60,760 nt of DNA from an uncultured Pelagibacteraceae bacterium (GCA_902516065.1 CABXXB010000001.1:1-60760); one strand, 5' to 3'. Counted from the stretch's first letter, positions 29,720 through 40,357 are shown. The notes: generated by a model not told the origin, from the sequence alone. Translations and numbers: made by a program.

Positions 29720-30832
29720 ATGGCATTAAAAAATTTTGCCTTTAAAATTTTAAATAAAGATAAGTTTGCGAGAAGAGGCCAAATTGAAACTCATCGAGGC
29801 ATAATCAACACACCCACATTTATGCCTGTTGGAACACAAGCAACCGTTAAAGCTTGCACTATCGATGATATAAGGAAGACTGGTTCAGAAATCATATTAT
29901 CAAATACTTATCATTTAATGATTAGACCTGGAATTGATAGAATTATGTCTGCAGGAGGGTTGCATAATTTTATGAATTGTAATTTACCCATACTAACGGA
30001 CTCAGGTGGTTTTCAAGTAATGTCTCTTTCTAAACTCAACAAAATTGATAGAGAAAAAGGAGCTATATTTAGTTCTCACGTAGATGGAAAAAAATTTTTT
30101 TTAAGTCCTGAAGAAAGCATAAGAATTCAACTTGGTCTTAACTCCGATATAGTGATGATAATGGATGAATGTCCTCGAAAATCAGATGACTATGATCTAA
30201 TTAAGAAATCAATGGAACTATCGGTTTATTGGGCGAAAAGATCAAAAAAAGCTTTTGGAAAAAACCCTCACAAAGCTCTCTTTGGTATTATTCAAGGAGG
30301 TCTTTTCAATGATTTAAGAAAAGAGTCATTAAGTGAATTAATGAAAATAGGTTTTGATGGATATGCAATGGGTGGCTTAGCAGTTGGAGAGTCTCAAGAA
30401 GAAATGTTTACAGTTTTGGATAATATTAAAGAAACACTTCCTGATGAAAAACCTCATTATTTAATGGGCGTAGGAACTCCATCAGATATTCTAGGTGCTG
30501 TCAAAAGAGGCATAGATATGTTTGACTGTGTTTTACCAACTAGGTCTGGGAGAACAGGTTTGGCATTTACATGGAATGGTAGAGTAAATATTAAAAATAA
30601 TAAATATCAAAGAGACAATGATCCATTAGACCCTAACTGTAAAAACCTAAACTTAAATAAATATTCAAAGAATTATTTAAACCATTTATTTAATACTAAT
30701 GAAATTTTAGCGTCAATGTTGTTGACACTTCATAACATAAACTTTTATCAAGAATTAATGTCAGCAATTAGAAAAAATATTTCAAATGGTACTTTTGATC
30801 AATTTCACGATAAATACATTGATAAGTTGTAG
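29720..30832 (+). CDS. tgt: tRNA-guanine transglycosylase
   Basis: TPTFMPVGT, NTYHL, TDSGGFQ, DECP, GGLAVGE and DMFDCVLPTR. Confidence 0.95.
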   Translation: MALKNFAFKILNKDKFARRGQIETHRGIINTPTFMPVGTQATVKACTIDDIRKTGSEIILSNTYHLMIRPGIDRIMSAGGLHNFMNCNLPILTDSGGFQVMSLSKLNKIDREKGAIFSSHVDGKKFFLSPEESIRIQLGLNSDIVMIMDECPRKSDDYDLIKKSMELSVYWAKRSKKAFGKNPHKALFGIIQGGLFNDLRKESLSELMKIGFDGYAMGGLAVGESQEEMFTVLDNIKETLPDEKPHYLMGVGTPSDILGAVKRGIDMFDCVLPTRSGRTGLAFTWNGRVNIKNNKYQRDNDPLDPNCKNLNLNKYSKNYLNHLFNTNEILASMLLTLHNINFYQELMSAIRKNISNGTFDQFHDKYIDKL

Positions 30833-30917
30833 AAGATATACATTTTTTAGTTCAATTTGACGTTTGAAAAATCAAAATAATTCTATATATAACAATTATT
30901 CTATTTGAATATTTTGT

Positions 30918-30993
<76 letters not shown>

Positions 30994-31009
30994 CTACTTG
31001 TTCGTTTGA

Positions 31010-31834
31010 TTAACTTTTAATCGGAGGATAATCTAAAATAATATTGTTAGTCCATTCATTAATTTTTTTAATACGATTATCAGCAGATGGATGAGTGCTC
31101 ATAAATTCTGCTGGCTCTTTACCTTTGTTAAATTCTTTCATTCTTTTCCAAATTTTAACAGTTTCTCTAATATCGTAACCAGATAAAGATGAAAAAATCA
31201 TTCCTAAATAATCAGCTTCACTCTCTTGTTTTCTACTGAATGGATTCATTATACCAAGTTGAGATAATAAACCGACTGTGTTCATTCCAGTAGTTCGATT
31301 TACTGTAGATAATTTACCTCCACTAGCTATATCTATTATCTGTGTACTGATATTCAATAGTGTTCCTCTACTGGCTCTTTCAACAGAATGTTTAGCTACT
31401 GCATGAGCAATTTCATGCCCCATAATAGCAGCAAGTCCATTAGTATTTTTTGTTACATCTAAAATACCAGTGTACACAGCAATTTTCCCCCCTGGCATAC
31501 ACCAAGCATTTCTAACTTTTTTATTATCAATTAATATATATTCCCAATCAAAATTTACAGTTGGGTCATTTAATTTTTCTTTGTAAAAATATTCACTAAT
31601 AGCATCTTCCATCCTACCACCAATATCTTTGATTTCGTTTAATGTTTTAATATCATCACTTAGTTTTTCTTTTTCTTTAACTTTTTCATAGATTGCAGCA
31701 GCTTGTGCATTTAATTTAGTTTCAGGTATAATTTTTAATTGACGTCTTTCAGTTATAGGTGCTGTGGAACAAGCATTTAAAACAAACCCACAACATCCAC
31801 AACCTATATATGATAAGAATTTTCTTCTATCCAT
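31010..31834 (-). CDS. M48 family metallopeptidase, probable Tat-exported lipoprotein
   Basis: MDRRKFL twin-Arg, LNAC lipobox, NAWCMPGG, HEIAH, ESEAD and STHP. Confidence 0.88.
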   Translation of the reverse strand: MDRRKFLSYIGCGCCGFVLNACSTAPITERRQLKIIPETKLNAQAAAIYEKVKEKEKLSDDIKTLNEIKDIGGRMEDAISEYFYKEKLNDPTVNFDWEYILIDNKKVRNAWCMPGGKIAVYTGILDVTKNTNGLAAIMGHEIAHAVAKHSVERASRGTLLNISTQIIDIASGGKLSTVNRTTGMNTVGLLSQLGIMNPFSRKQESEADYLGMIFSSLSGYDIRETVKIWKRMKEFNKGKEPAEFMSTHPSADNRIKKINEWTNNIILDYPPIKS

Positions 31835-31866
31835 TTTTAATAAGATTGATATTATATTATAATATC

Positions 31867-31944
31867 ATGAATCTAAATAATAAAATTTTAGTTTTTCTTT
31901 TTATAATAGCTATATCTTTTGTTATATACTCAAGTTTTAATTAA
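31867..31944 (+). CDS. Possible 25-aa single-TM small protein
   Basis: MNLNNKILVFLFIIAISFVIYSSFN*; its stop directly abuts the next ATG. Confidence 0.3.
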   Translation: MNLNNKILVFLFIIAISFVIYSSFN

Positions 31945-32562
31945 ATGAAAAAAAAGTCAAAAAGAAAATCACTAGGATTAATTTTAAGAAATTATTTTAT
32001 TACTGGTGTAGTTGTCTTAATTCCTATTGGTTTTACTCTTTATTTAAGTAAATTTTTGATTAGCCTCTCATCAAAAATTATTCCTCAAAATATAAATCCT
32101 AATAATTATTTACCTTACTCTATTCCTGGAATAGAGATTATAATTTCTATTTTATTTATTACAATTGTAGGTGGTCTCTCTTTATCTTTTTTTGGTAAAA
32201 AGATATTAAAATTTATTGATGATTTGTTTAAAAGAATTCCATTATTAAGAACAATTTACACAGCCATTTCACAAATGACTGAAACTTTTTCAAATAAAGA
32301 TAGTGATAAAAAAAGTGTTGTATTAATTGAATATCCTAGAAAAGGTGTTTGGGCAGTAGGTTTTGCTACAAAAGAAAATACTGGTGAAATGGCCGTCAAA
32401 ACCAAACAAAAACTTATTAACGTATTCGTTCCAACAACTCCAAATCCTACAAGTGGTTTTTTGTTAATGTTTCCAATAGATGAAGTTATATATTTAAATA
32501 TGACTTTTGAAGAAGCATCAAAATTTATTGTTTCTGCTGGTACATCATCTGGAAAAAATTAG
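31945..32562 (+). CDS. DUF502 family membrane protein
   Basis: RIPLLRTIY, VLIEYPRKG and FVPTTPNPTSGFL. Confidence 0.88.
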   Translation: MKKKSKRKSLGLILRNYFITGVVVLIPIGFTLYLSKFLISLSSKIIPQNINPNNYLPYSIPGIEIIISILFITIVGGLSLSFFGKKILKFIDDLFKRIPLLRTIYTAISQMTETFSNKDSDKKSVVLIEYPRKGVWAVGFATKENTGEMAVKTKQKLINVFVPTTPNPTSGFLLMFPIDEVIYLNMTFEEASKFIVSAGTSSGKN

Positions 32563-34607
32563 ACAATATCATTTATAACATCTGCCTGATCGTATAATTT
32601 CATTAAAGTTTTATATTTATTTATATTGACATCATTTTTTTCCATTTCTTTTATTTCTTTTTCAGCTAGTTCGAAGAGATCATTATTGTGTATTGGATCT
32701 GCTAATCTAAACATTTTTATTCCACTTTGTTTAAATCCAAGAATGTCGCCAAAACCTCTTAATTTCATATCTTCCTCTGAAATTTCAAATCCATCTGTTG
32801 AATTTTTTAATATATTAAGTCTTTTTTTTGCATTTTCTGTTAAAGACGACTTAAACATTAATATACAAGTTGATTGTTTCTGACCTCTTCCAACTCTTCC
32901 GCGTAATTGATGAAGTTGAGAAAGCCCAAATTTATTTGCATTTTCTATAACTATTACATTTGCATTTGGAAAATCTATACCAACTTCTATTATAGTTGTT
33001 GATACCAATATCTTAATTTTTTGATTTAAAAATTTGTTTAATATTATTTCTTTTTCTTCAATACTAGTTTTACCATGTAATAATGCAACTTGGTTAGGAA
33101 ATTTTTTATTTAAAAAATTATATTTTTCTACAGCTGATGAATGATCTAGTTTATTGGATTCTTCAATTAATGGACATACCCAAAAAATTTGGTTTTGATT
33201 ATTTATTTCTTTTTTAATAAATCTTAATACATCGCTAATTTTATTTTCTAATTTACTATATGTTATGACTTCTTTTCTTGATTTGGGCTTTTCTCTTATA
33301 ATAGATAAATCCATATCTCCATAAATTGTCATTGTTAATGTTCTTGGTATCGGTGTTGCTGTCATTAATAAAACATCACAATTATCACCTCCTTTATCTG
33401 AAAGTTTTTTTCTTTGATTAACACCAAACTTATGTTGTTCATCAATAATTATTAATCCAAGATTATTAAAGATAACCTTTTTTTGAAATATAGCATGGGT
33501 TCCAAATACTATATCTACTTCATTATTAGATAATTTTTTTAAAATTTTTTTTTTTTCTTTATACTCAGATTTACTAGAAAGAATCTCTATTCTTATCTTT
33601 TTTTCAAAAATATTTTTAGCAAGTTGATAATGTTGTCTAGCAAGTATTTCTGTTGGCGCCATTACTGCAACTTGAAAACCTGATTTAATAACATTGTAAG
33701 CTGCAGTTAATGCTACTATTGTCTTACCACTTCCAACATCTCCCTGTAATAATCTAAACATTTTTTGATTAGATTTGAGGTCTTGATTTATTTCGTTAAG
33801 AGATATTTTTTGATCATTAGTTAAATCAAAATCTAATTTAGAAAATAATGAATTTTGGTAAATATGATTAAAAACTTTTTTTATTTTTTTTATTTTTTTT
33901 ATCTTCTTTCTAATTTCTGAATGCACTATAAAAGATGCTAAAATCTCATCATAAGCTAATCTTTTATAAAAATTAGATTGATATTTTCCAATATTTTCTG
34001 GTTTATGAAGTTCAATAATAGAATTGTTCCAAGAGATATAATTAAATTTTTTAAGAATATTTTCATCGTGCCATTCCTCTAATTTTGGAATATTAGATAA
34101 TATTTGATTTATAATTTTGTTATATACTTTTTCTGAAATCCCATCTGTTAGAGAATATTTTTTGTGTTTATCTTTAATTATCGAAGCATTTTCTGAAATA
34201 TATTTTGGGTTTGTTATTTGGTATTTGTTTTTAAATCGTCCAACTTTTCCACTTATCGTCACTTCTTTATTTAAAGGTAAAATTTTCTTTATATATCCTT
34301 CATAACTATTGAAAAAAACACAATCCATTTCACCTGTTTCATCTTTACAATATATTCTATTAGGTAAATTTCTTATTCTTGGAAAATTATATTTATATGG
34401 AACTAAAGTTATTGTTTGAATATCACCAATTTTAAGATCACAAATTTTAGTAGATTTAGTTCTATCTGTATAAGATTTAGGTAATCGCCATAGTAGATCA
34501 AATATATTATTAATTTTTTTCTTTTTAAGCATGTTGGAAGTTTTTAACCCAACACCTTTAAGGTTCTTAAGATCTAATAATAAATATTTATATGTATTAA
34601 TTGTCAT
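32559..34607 (-). CDS. recG: ATP-dependent DNA helicase RecG
   Basis: RLLQGDVGSGKT, DEQHKFGV, TATPIPRT and QLHQLRGRVGRG. Confidence 0.96.
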   Translation of the reverse strand: MTINTYKYLLLDLKNLKGVGLKTSNMLKKKKINNIFDLLWRLPKSYTDRTKSTKICDLKIGDIQTITLVPYKYNFPRIRNLPNRIYCKDETGEMDCVFFNSYEGYIKKILPLNKEVTISGKVGRFKNKYQITNPKYISENASIIKDKHKKYSLTDGISEKVYNKIINQILSNIPKLEEWHDENILKKFNYISWNNSIIELHKPENIGKYQSNFYKRLAYDEILASFIVHSEIRKKIKKIKKIKKVFNHIYQNSLFSKLDFDLTNDQKISLNEINQDLKSNQKMFRLLQGDVGSGKTIVALTAAYNVIKSGFQVAVMAPTEILARQHYQLAKNIFEKKIRIEILSSKSEYKEKKKILKKLSNNEVDIVFGTHAIFQKKVIFNNLGLIIIDEQHKFGVNQRKKLSDKGGDNCDVLLMTATPIPRTLTMTIYGDMDLSIIREKPKSRKEVITYSKLENKISDVLRFIKKEINNQNQIFWVCPLIEESNKLDHSSAVEKYNFLNKKFPNQVALLHGKTSIEEKEIILNKFLNQKIKILVSTTIIEVGIDFPNANVIVIENANKFGLSQLHQLRGRVGRGQKQSTCILMFKSSLTENAKKRLNILKNSTDGFEISEEDMKLRGFGDILGFKQSGIKMFRLADPIHNNDLFELAEKEIKEMEKNDVNINKYKTLMKLYDQADVINDIV

Positions 34608-34629
34608 TTAATATTATTATAAATAATTA

Positions 34630-34893
34630 ATGAATAACGAAATAACTAATTTAAAAAAAAGATTAATTTATAGATCTCAGTATCGAGGTACTAAAGAAAT
34701 GGATAAATTAATAGGAAGTTTTGTTCAATCTAATATTGATAAATTTAACGAAATTCAGCTAAATGAATTAGAAATTTTTTTAGATGTTGATGATGATACA
34801 TTGTATAAATTTTATAATGGCCTTCCTTTTAAAAAAGATATTATAAAATCAGAAATTTTTAAGCTATTTAAAGATTACGAGTATAAAAAATAA
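34630..34893 (+). CDS. sdhE: Succinate dehydrogenase assembly factor 2
   Basis: KRLIYRSQYRGTKEMD motif; divergent from recG. Confidence 0.88.
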   Translation: MNNEITNLKKRLIYRSQYRGTKEMDKLIGSFVQSNIDKFNEIQLNELEIFLDVDDDTLYKFYNGLPFKKDIIKSEIFKLFKDYEYKK

Positions 34894-34983
34894 TGGCGGA
34901 GAGACTGGGATTCGAACCCAGGAAAGAGTTGCCCCTTTGCCGGTTTTCAAGACCGGTGCTTTCAACCGCTCAGCCATCTCTCC
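34894..34983 (-). tRNA. tRNA-Ser(UGA)
   Basis: Reverse complement GGAGAGATGGCTGAGCGG...CCGGT-CTTGAAA-ACCGG, long variable arm, CCA; 90 nt. Confidence 0.96.
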
Positions 34984-35071
34984 GTGTGCACCGTTTTATA
35001 ATTATAATTATTTAATTCAACTATAAAATAGTCTATTTAACCTTAGAATAAATTAATTCATTTATTTAACT

Positions 35072-35950
35072 ATGAAAGATCAATTTAATAAAGGTCTGTT
35101 ATTAACATCTCTCGGATCTTTTTGGTGGGGTTTTATAGGTGTTATATATTTTCAATATGTATCCTTCATAGGTCATATTGAATTAGTTGTTCATAGATGT
35201 TTATGGACTGCCGTAATGTTACTTTTGACTACTACATTTTTTTCAAAATGGAGTCTTTTTAAAAAAATTATTAAGAATAAAAATTATTTATTTGGATTAT
35301 TTATTTCTGGTTTTCTAATTTTTATTAATTGGGCTGTTTGGATATATGCAGTGGCAACAGAAAGAATTATAGATGCTAGTTTTGGTTATTTCATTATGCC
35401 AATTATAAGTGTTTTATTAGGATATATTTTTTTTAAAGAAAAATTGAATAAAAAAAGAATTTTTTCAATTATTTTAGTTTCACTTTCAATTTTAATCTTA
35501 ATTTTTTTTAATTTAAAAAGTTTACCGTGGGTTGGATTAATTGTAGCATTTAGTTGGGCTTTTTATAATCTTATTAGAAAAAAAATAGATGTAGATACTG
35601 ATATAGGTTTATTAATTGAAAGTTTATATATTCTACCTTTTGCTTTAGTTGCTTTTTACCTAATAATAAAAGCAGGAGTAAACGATTTCAGTTTTTCAAA
35701 TACAGGTTTAAGCTTATTTCTTATTATGGCTGGCCCCATGACAGTGATTCCTTTATTCCTATATGTTAGGGGTGTTGAGCTCATAGGACTAGGACCAACA
35801 GGTATGATTTTTTATATAACACCAACTTTACAGTTCATTTTAGGTTACTTTTATTACAATGAGGACTTTTCAATTATAAAATTTGTAAGTTTTATTATTA
35901 TTTGGATTGCTGTAATTATATATCTGAAAGATCTTTATGAAACTAATTAA
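35072..35950 (+). CDS. rarD: EamA-family transporter RarD
   Basis: HRCLW, NWAVWIYAV, ASFGYFIMP, YNLIRKK and YITPTLQF. Confidence 0.85.
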   Translation: MKDQFNKGLLLTSLGSFWWGFIGVIYFQYVSFIGHIELVVHRCLWTAVMLLLTTTFFSKWSLFKKIIKNKNYLFGLFISGFLIFINWAVWIYAVATERIIDASFGYFIMPIISVLLGYIFFKEKLNKKRIFSIILVSLSILILIFFNLKSLPWVGLIVAFSWAFYNLIRKKIDVDTDIGLLIESLYILPFALVAFYLIIKAGVNDFSFSNTGLSLFLIMAGPMTVIPLFLYVRGVELIGLGPTGMIFYITPTLQFILGYFYYNEDFSIIKFVSFIIIWIAVIIYLKDLYETN

Positions 35951-36938
35951 AATTTTTTTTCTAATTTTATTTTTTATATCTACAAACTGTTTTGCAAATA
36001 ATATTGAGGATTTTAATAATTGGAAAGTAAAATTTAAAGAAAGAGCCTTATCTAATAATATTTCAGAAACCACTTTTAATATTGCTATGGCTAATGTAAA
36101 ATTTTTACCAAAAGTAATTGAATATGATCGTTTTCAACCTGAATTTTATGAAGACACAAAAACCTATATTAAAAAACGAACATCTAAAAAAAAACTAGAT
36201 AGTGGTATTAATTTTTATAAAAACAATCGACTATTAATAGACAAAGTAGAGTCCGAATTTAATATTGAAAAGGAATTACTTTTATCTTTGATGGGTATTG
36301 AAACAAATTTTGGCACCTATGTTGGTAAAATGGATATATTATCTTCTTTAGCCACATTAAGTTTTGATAAAAGAAGATCTGAATTTTTTACAAATGAACT
36401 AATTATTTTATTAAGGCTGATTGAAACTAATCAAATTAGTTATAAAACATTGTATGGTTCATGGGCAGGCGCATTTGGTTTTTTTCAATTTATGCCTAGC
36501 ACAATTAAAAATTACGCTCTTGATCATAATAATGACAAGTATATTGATTTAAAAAATAGTGAAGATGCATACCCATCTGCCGCAAATTATCTAAAAACAA
36601 TTGGATGGAAAAAAAATAAACCTTGTTTTTATAAGATTGAATTAAATGAAAATATTCCAAAAAAATATTTAAATGTTTCTGCGAAAAAGATTCATAGTAA
36701 GAAAAAAATAGATTATTTTAAAAAATACATTAAAGAGAATACAGAAATAGAAAAATTAGATAAGAATTTAAAAATTGCTATAATAACTCCTGATAAGGAT
36801 ATTATTCCTAATGCTGAAACATTAAATCCTGCATATATTATATTTGACAATTATGAAATTATTTTAAAATGGAATAGATCTCTTAGATTTGCTTTAGCAG
36901 TATGTACATTAAAAGATAAATTAAAAAATGAAATTTAA
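35937..36938 (+). CDS. mltB: Lytic murein transglycosylase (MltB/SLT_2)
   Basis: DRFQPEF, GIETNFG, GSWAGAFGFFQFMPS, SAANYL and WNRS. Confidence 0.88.
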   Translation: MKLIKIFFLILFFISTNCFANNIEDFNNWKVKFKERALSNNISETTFNIAMANVKFLPKVIEYDRFQPEFYEDTKTYIKKRTSKKKLDSGINFYKNNRLLIDKVESEFNIEKELLLSLMGIETNFGTYVGKMDILSSLATLSFDKRRSEFFTNELIILLRLIETNQISYKTLYGSWAGAFGFFQFMPSTIKNYALDHNNDKYIDLKNSEDAYPSAANYLKTIGWKKNKPCFYKIELNENIPKKYLNVSAKKIHSKKKIDYFKKYIKENTEIEKLDKNLKIAIITPDKDIIPNAETLNPAYIIFDNYEIILKWNRSLRFALAVCTLKDKLKNEI

Positions 36939-37680
36939 GATTATAATTGTACCAATAATATTTTTTTTATTTACTGGTTGTGAGCAATATACTTTAAAAA
37001 AATCTTCTGAAGTAGACTTTAAACCTGAAAAAAAATATAAAAACGCTGGATTTTCATTAATTTATAGTGATAACTTAAATTTAAAAAAACTAGAAAATAG
37101 ATCTTTATTTATTTTCCATAAAAGTCTCAAGAGTAAATCTTTTGTAAAAATTTCAAATCCTTTAAATGGAAAATCTTTAATAGCTGAAGTAAAATCTAAT
37201 AGAGTAAAATTTTCAAATTTTTATAATTCAATTATAACTACTAGAATAGCCGAAACTTTAGAACTCGATCCCAAAGAACCCTATATTGAGTTATCCTTGA
37301 TTTCTAAAAATTCAACATTCGTTGCAAAAAAAGCAAAGATTTTTGAGGAAGAAAAGGAAGTAGCAGAAAAAGCCCCGATTGATGGAATTAAAATTAGTAA
37401 TTTAAATAATACTTCGAATAATCAAGCTAAAAAAATTTCAAAAAATGAATTTTCATATTCTATAAAAGTTGCGGATTTTTACTACAAAAAAACAGCAAAT
37501 TTAATGATTGATAGAATAATGGAAGAGACATCAATTAAAAAAATTAATTTGATTGAGCTTTCAAAAACAAATTACAGGGTATTAATAGGTCCTTTTAATG
37601 ATATATACTCTTTAAAAGAATCTTTTGAAAAAATGAATTCACTTAATTTTGAAAATTTAGAAATACTTAAAAATGTTTAG
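36928..37680 (+). CDS. RlpA-like lipoprotein with C-terminal SPOR-like domain (degenerate)
   Basis: FTGC lipobox; HKSL..SFVKISNPLNGKS barrel-like segment; YRVLIGPF; sits in the mltB-rlpA-dacA position. Confidence 0.65.
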   Translation: MKFKIIIVPIIFFLFTGCEQYTLKKSSEVDFKPEKKYKNAGFSLIYSDNLNLKKLENRSLFIFHKSLKSKSFVKISNPLNGKSLIAEVKSNRVKFSNFYNSIITTRIAETLELDPKEPYIELSLISKNSTFVAKKAKIFEEEKEVAEKAPIDGIKISNLNNTSNNQAKKISKNEFSYSIKVADFYYKKTANLMIDRIMEETSIKKINLIELSKTNYRVLIGPFNDIYSLKESFEKMNSLNFENLEILKNV

Positions 37681-38824
37681 AATTATATTTTTTTATTTAT
37701 TAATTAGTTTGGGTTTTATATCTAACTCATATTCAAATATTGAAATTAAAGCAAGAACTGCAATATTGCAGGATTTTTTATCAGGTGAAATTTTATACGA
37801 AAAAGAACCTGATCGATCTATTTACCCCGCTTCTATGACTAAAATTATGACATCAATAATAGCCTTTGATCTTATAAAACTAGGAGATTTAAGCCTAGAG
37901 GATAAATTTATTGTTTCAGAAAAAGCTTGGCGTTTATCTACATCTGGTTTTTCATCAATGTTCATTATGGTTGGTGATGAAGTATCTGTAGAAAATTTAC
38001 TTCATGGTATAATAACGGCATCAGGTAATGATGCATGTATTGCACTAGCTGAAGGTATTGCTGGTACCGAGGAAGAATTTGCAATCTTAATGACTGCTAA
38101 AGCAAAAGAAATAGGTATGGAGAATACAAATTTCTCTAATTCATCTGGTATTAATGACCCAGATAATTATTCAACTGTAAGAGATATTTTAATGATGTCT
38201 AACTACTTAATCAAAGAACATCCTGAATTTTATAAATGGTTTGCAAATAAAGAGTTCACATGGGATAGAACAGGAGGTGATCCAATTACTCAAGGCAATA
38301 GAAATCCTCTTCTTTATAAGAATATTGGTGCAGATGGAATTAAAACAGGTTATTTAGCAGTTGAAAAATATTCTCTTGCTTCATCTTTAGAAAGAAAGGG
38401 AAGAAGATTAATTGCTGTTGGTAGTGGTTTTGAAACTAAAAATTCTAGGTCACGTGAAAGCTCTAAACTTTTGACTTATGGATTAACCAATTTTGATTTA
38501 GTTGAAATTAATGATTCTAGTAAACCAATTGATAAAATTGATGTATGGCTTGGTAAACAAAATCAATTAGATGTTTACGTTAATGAAGATATTTATAAAA
38601 CTATAAAAAAAGCTAAAAAAAAACTATTAAAAGTTGCTTTAAAGTATGAAGGACCTGTTGAAGCTCCAATAAAAAAAGATGATATAATTGGAAAATTTAG
38701 AGTTGTATATGATGATGAATTAGTTGGTGAATACAATCTATTAGCGGCTTCAAATATAGAAAAAGTTAATATTTTTACTAGATTAATTAAATCTTTGAAT
38801 TATTTAATCTGGGGCGATGTCTAA
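37673..38824 (+). CDS. dacA: D-alanyl-D-alanine carboxypeptidase
   Basis: PASMTK, SGNDA and GIKTG. Confidence 0.9.
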   Translation: MFRIIFFYLLISLGFISNSYSNIEIKARTAILQDFLSGEILYEKEPDRSIYPASMTKIMTSIIAFDLIKLGDLSLEDKFIVSEKAWRLSTSGFSSMFIMVGDEVSVENLLHGIITASGNDACIALAEGIAGTEEEFAILMTAKAKEIGMENTNFSNSSGINDPDNYSTVRDILMMSNYLIKEHPEFYKWFANKEFTWDRTGGDPITQGNRNPLLYKNIGADGIKTGYLAVEKYSLASSLERKGRRLIAVGSGFETKNSRSRESSKLLTYGLTNFDLVEINDSSKPIDKIDVWLGKQNQLDVYVNEDIYKTIKKAKKKLLKVALKYEGPVEAPIKKDDIIGKFRVVYDDELVGEYNLLAASNIEKVNIFTRLIKSLNYLIWGDV

Positions 38825-39428
38825 AAAGCCTGTAATTGTTTTTGAAGGTATAGAGGGTAGTGGTAAAAGTCATCATATTTCAGTTATTTCAAAATATTTA
38901 AAAAGAAATAAAATTGCTTTTATTAAATTAAGGGAACCTGGTGGGAATATTAATTCAGAAAAAATTAGAAAACTTATTTTAGATAAAAAGTCAAATTTCA
39001 ACAAAATTACAGATTTATTACTTTATTTAGCTGCTCGAAGTGAAAATATTCAATTAATAAGAAAATATTATAAAAAAAAGATAATTCTAATTGATAGGTT
39101 TACAGATTCCACAATAGCTTATCAACATTATGGTTTTGGTGTTGATCTTAAATTAATTAACTTTATCAATAACTATCTATTAAAAAAATTTAAAGTTGAT
39201 TATACATTCTTAAATATTGTTAATTACAAAAATATGATTAAAAGACTCAAGTTAAGAAAATCTCTCAATAGATATGACAAATTTAATAGTAGATTTTATC
39301 AAAATGTTCAAAAGGGCTTTTTGAAATTAGCGAATAAAAATAAAAAAAAGTATAAGATTATAAACTCTAATCTTGATATTAAGATGAATGAAAATCTAAT
39401 TATTCAATCAATTAAGAAATTAATATGA
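38817..39428 (+). CDS. tmk: Thymidylate kinase
   Basis: FEGIEGSGKS, REPGG and DRFTDSTIAYQ. Confidence 0.95.
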   Translation: MSKKPVIVFEGIEGSGKSHHISVISKYLKRNKIAFIKLREPGGNINSEKIRKLILDKKSNFNKITDLLLYLAARSENIQLIRKYYKKKIILIDRFTDSTIAYQHYGFGVDLKLINFINNYLLKKFKVDYTFLNIVNYKNMIKRLKLRKSLNRYDKFNSRFYQNVQKGFLKLANKNKKKYKIINSNLDIKMNENLIIQSIKKLI

Positions 39429-40357
39429 ATATAATAGAGCCAATAAATCAACAAAAACTTTTTGGTTTGGATAACCATTTTTTAGAATTAGTAAGGTTAT
39501 ATAAAAATAACATTTATCCAAATAAACTTTTGTTAAGCGGACCTAAAGGCATTGGTAAATCTACTTTAGCGTATCATTTTATTAATTATGTATTGTCTAA
39601 AAATGAAGATCAAAAATACGATCTAAGTAATTTTGAAATAAATAGTAATAGCTCAACTTTTAAAACTATTCTTAATGGATCAAACTCTAATTTAATAATT
39701 ATTGATATTAATATTGAAAAAAAATTTATTGATATCAATCAAATAAGAGATTTAATTAAGAATTTAAACAAATCATCTTTTAATAATAAACCAAGATTTG
39801 TTTTAATTGATAATATTGAATTTTTAAACACTAACTCTATTAATGCTTTATTAAAAGTACTTGAAGAACCAAATCACAATATTCATTTTATTTTAATAAA
39901 TAATAATAAACGAGTTCTGCCCACATTATTATCTAGATGTATTAATTATAAGATATATCTCACAAATAAAGAATGTTTGCAGATTTCAAATCAACTTTTA
40001 AATGGTAAGTTAGAAAATTTAATTAATAGGGAACTTATTAATTATTATTTCACACCTGGTAATATTTATTATCTAGTAAAATTTGCTCAACAATATAATT
40101 ATGATTTATCAAATCTTGATTTAAGAAGTTTTCTTAAAATTATAATTAAAGAAAATCATTATAAAAAAGATATATTTATGAAAAATATAATATTTAATTT
40201 AGTGGAATTTTATTTTAGAAAATTGAATTTATCTGTTTCTAAAAAGATTTTTGAAAAATATAGCTATTTCCTTAAAAAAATATCTGATACAAAAAATTTT
40301 AATTTAGATGAAGAGTCTTTGTTTATGGAATTTGAAGAACAAATTTTAGATGGATAA
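39425..40357 (+). CDS. holB: DNA polymerase III delta' subunit
   Basis: GPKGIGKSTLA, NALLKVLEEP and LPTLLSRC; tmk-holB-metG order. Confidence 0.87.
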   Translation: MNIIEPINQQKLFGLDNHFLELVRLYKNNIYPNKLLLSGPKGIGKSTLAYHFINYVLSKNEDQKYDLSNFEINSNSSTFKTILNGSNSNLIIIDINIEKKFIDINQIRDLIKNLNKSSFNNKPRFVLIDNIEFLNTNSINALLKVLEEPNHNIHFILINNNKRVLPTLLSRCINYKIYLTNKECLQISNQLLNGKLENLINRELINYYFTPGNIYYLVKFAQQYNYDLSNLDLRSFLKIIIKENHYKKDIFMKNIIFNLVEFYFRKLNLSVSKKIFEKYSYFLKKISDTKNFNLDEESLFMEFEEQILDG

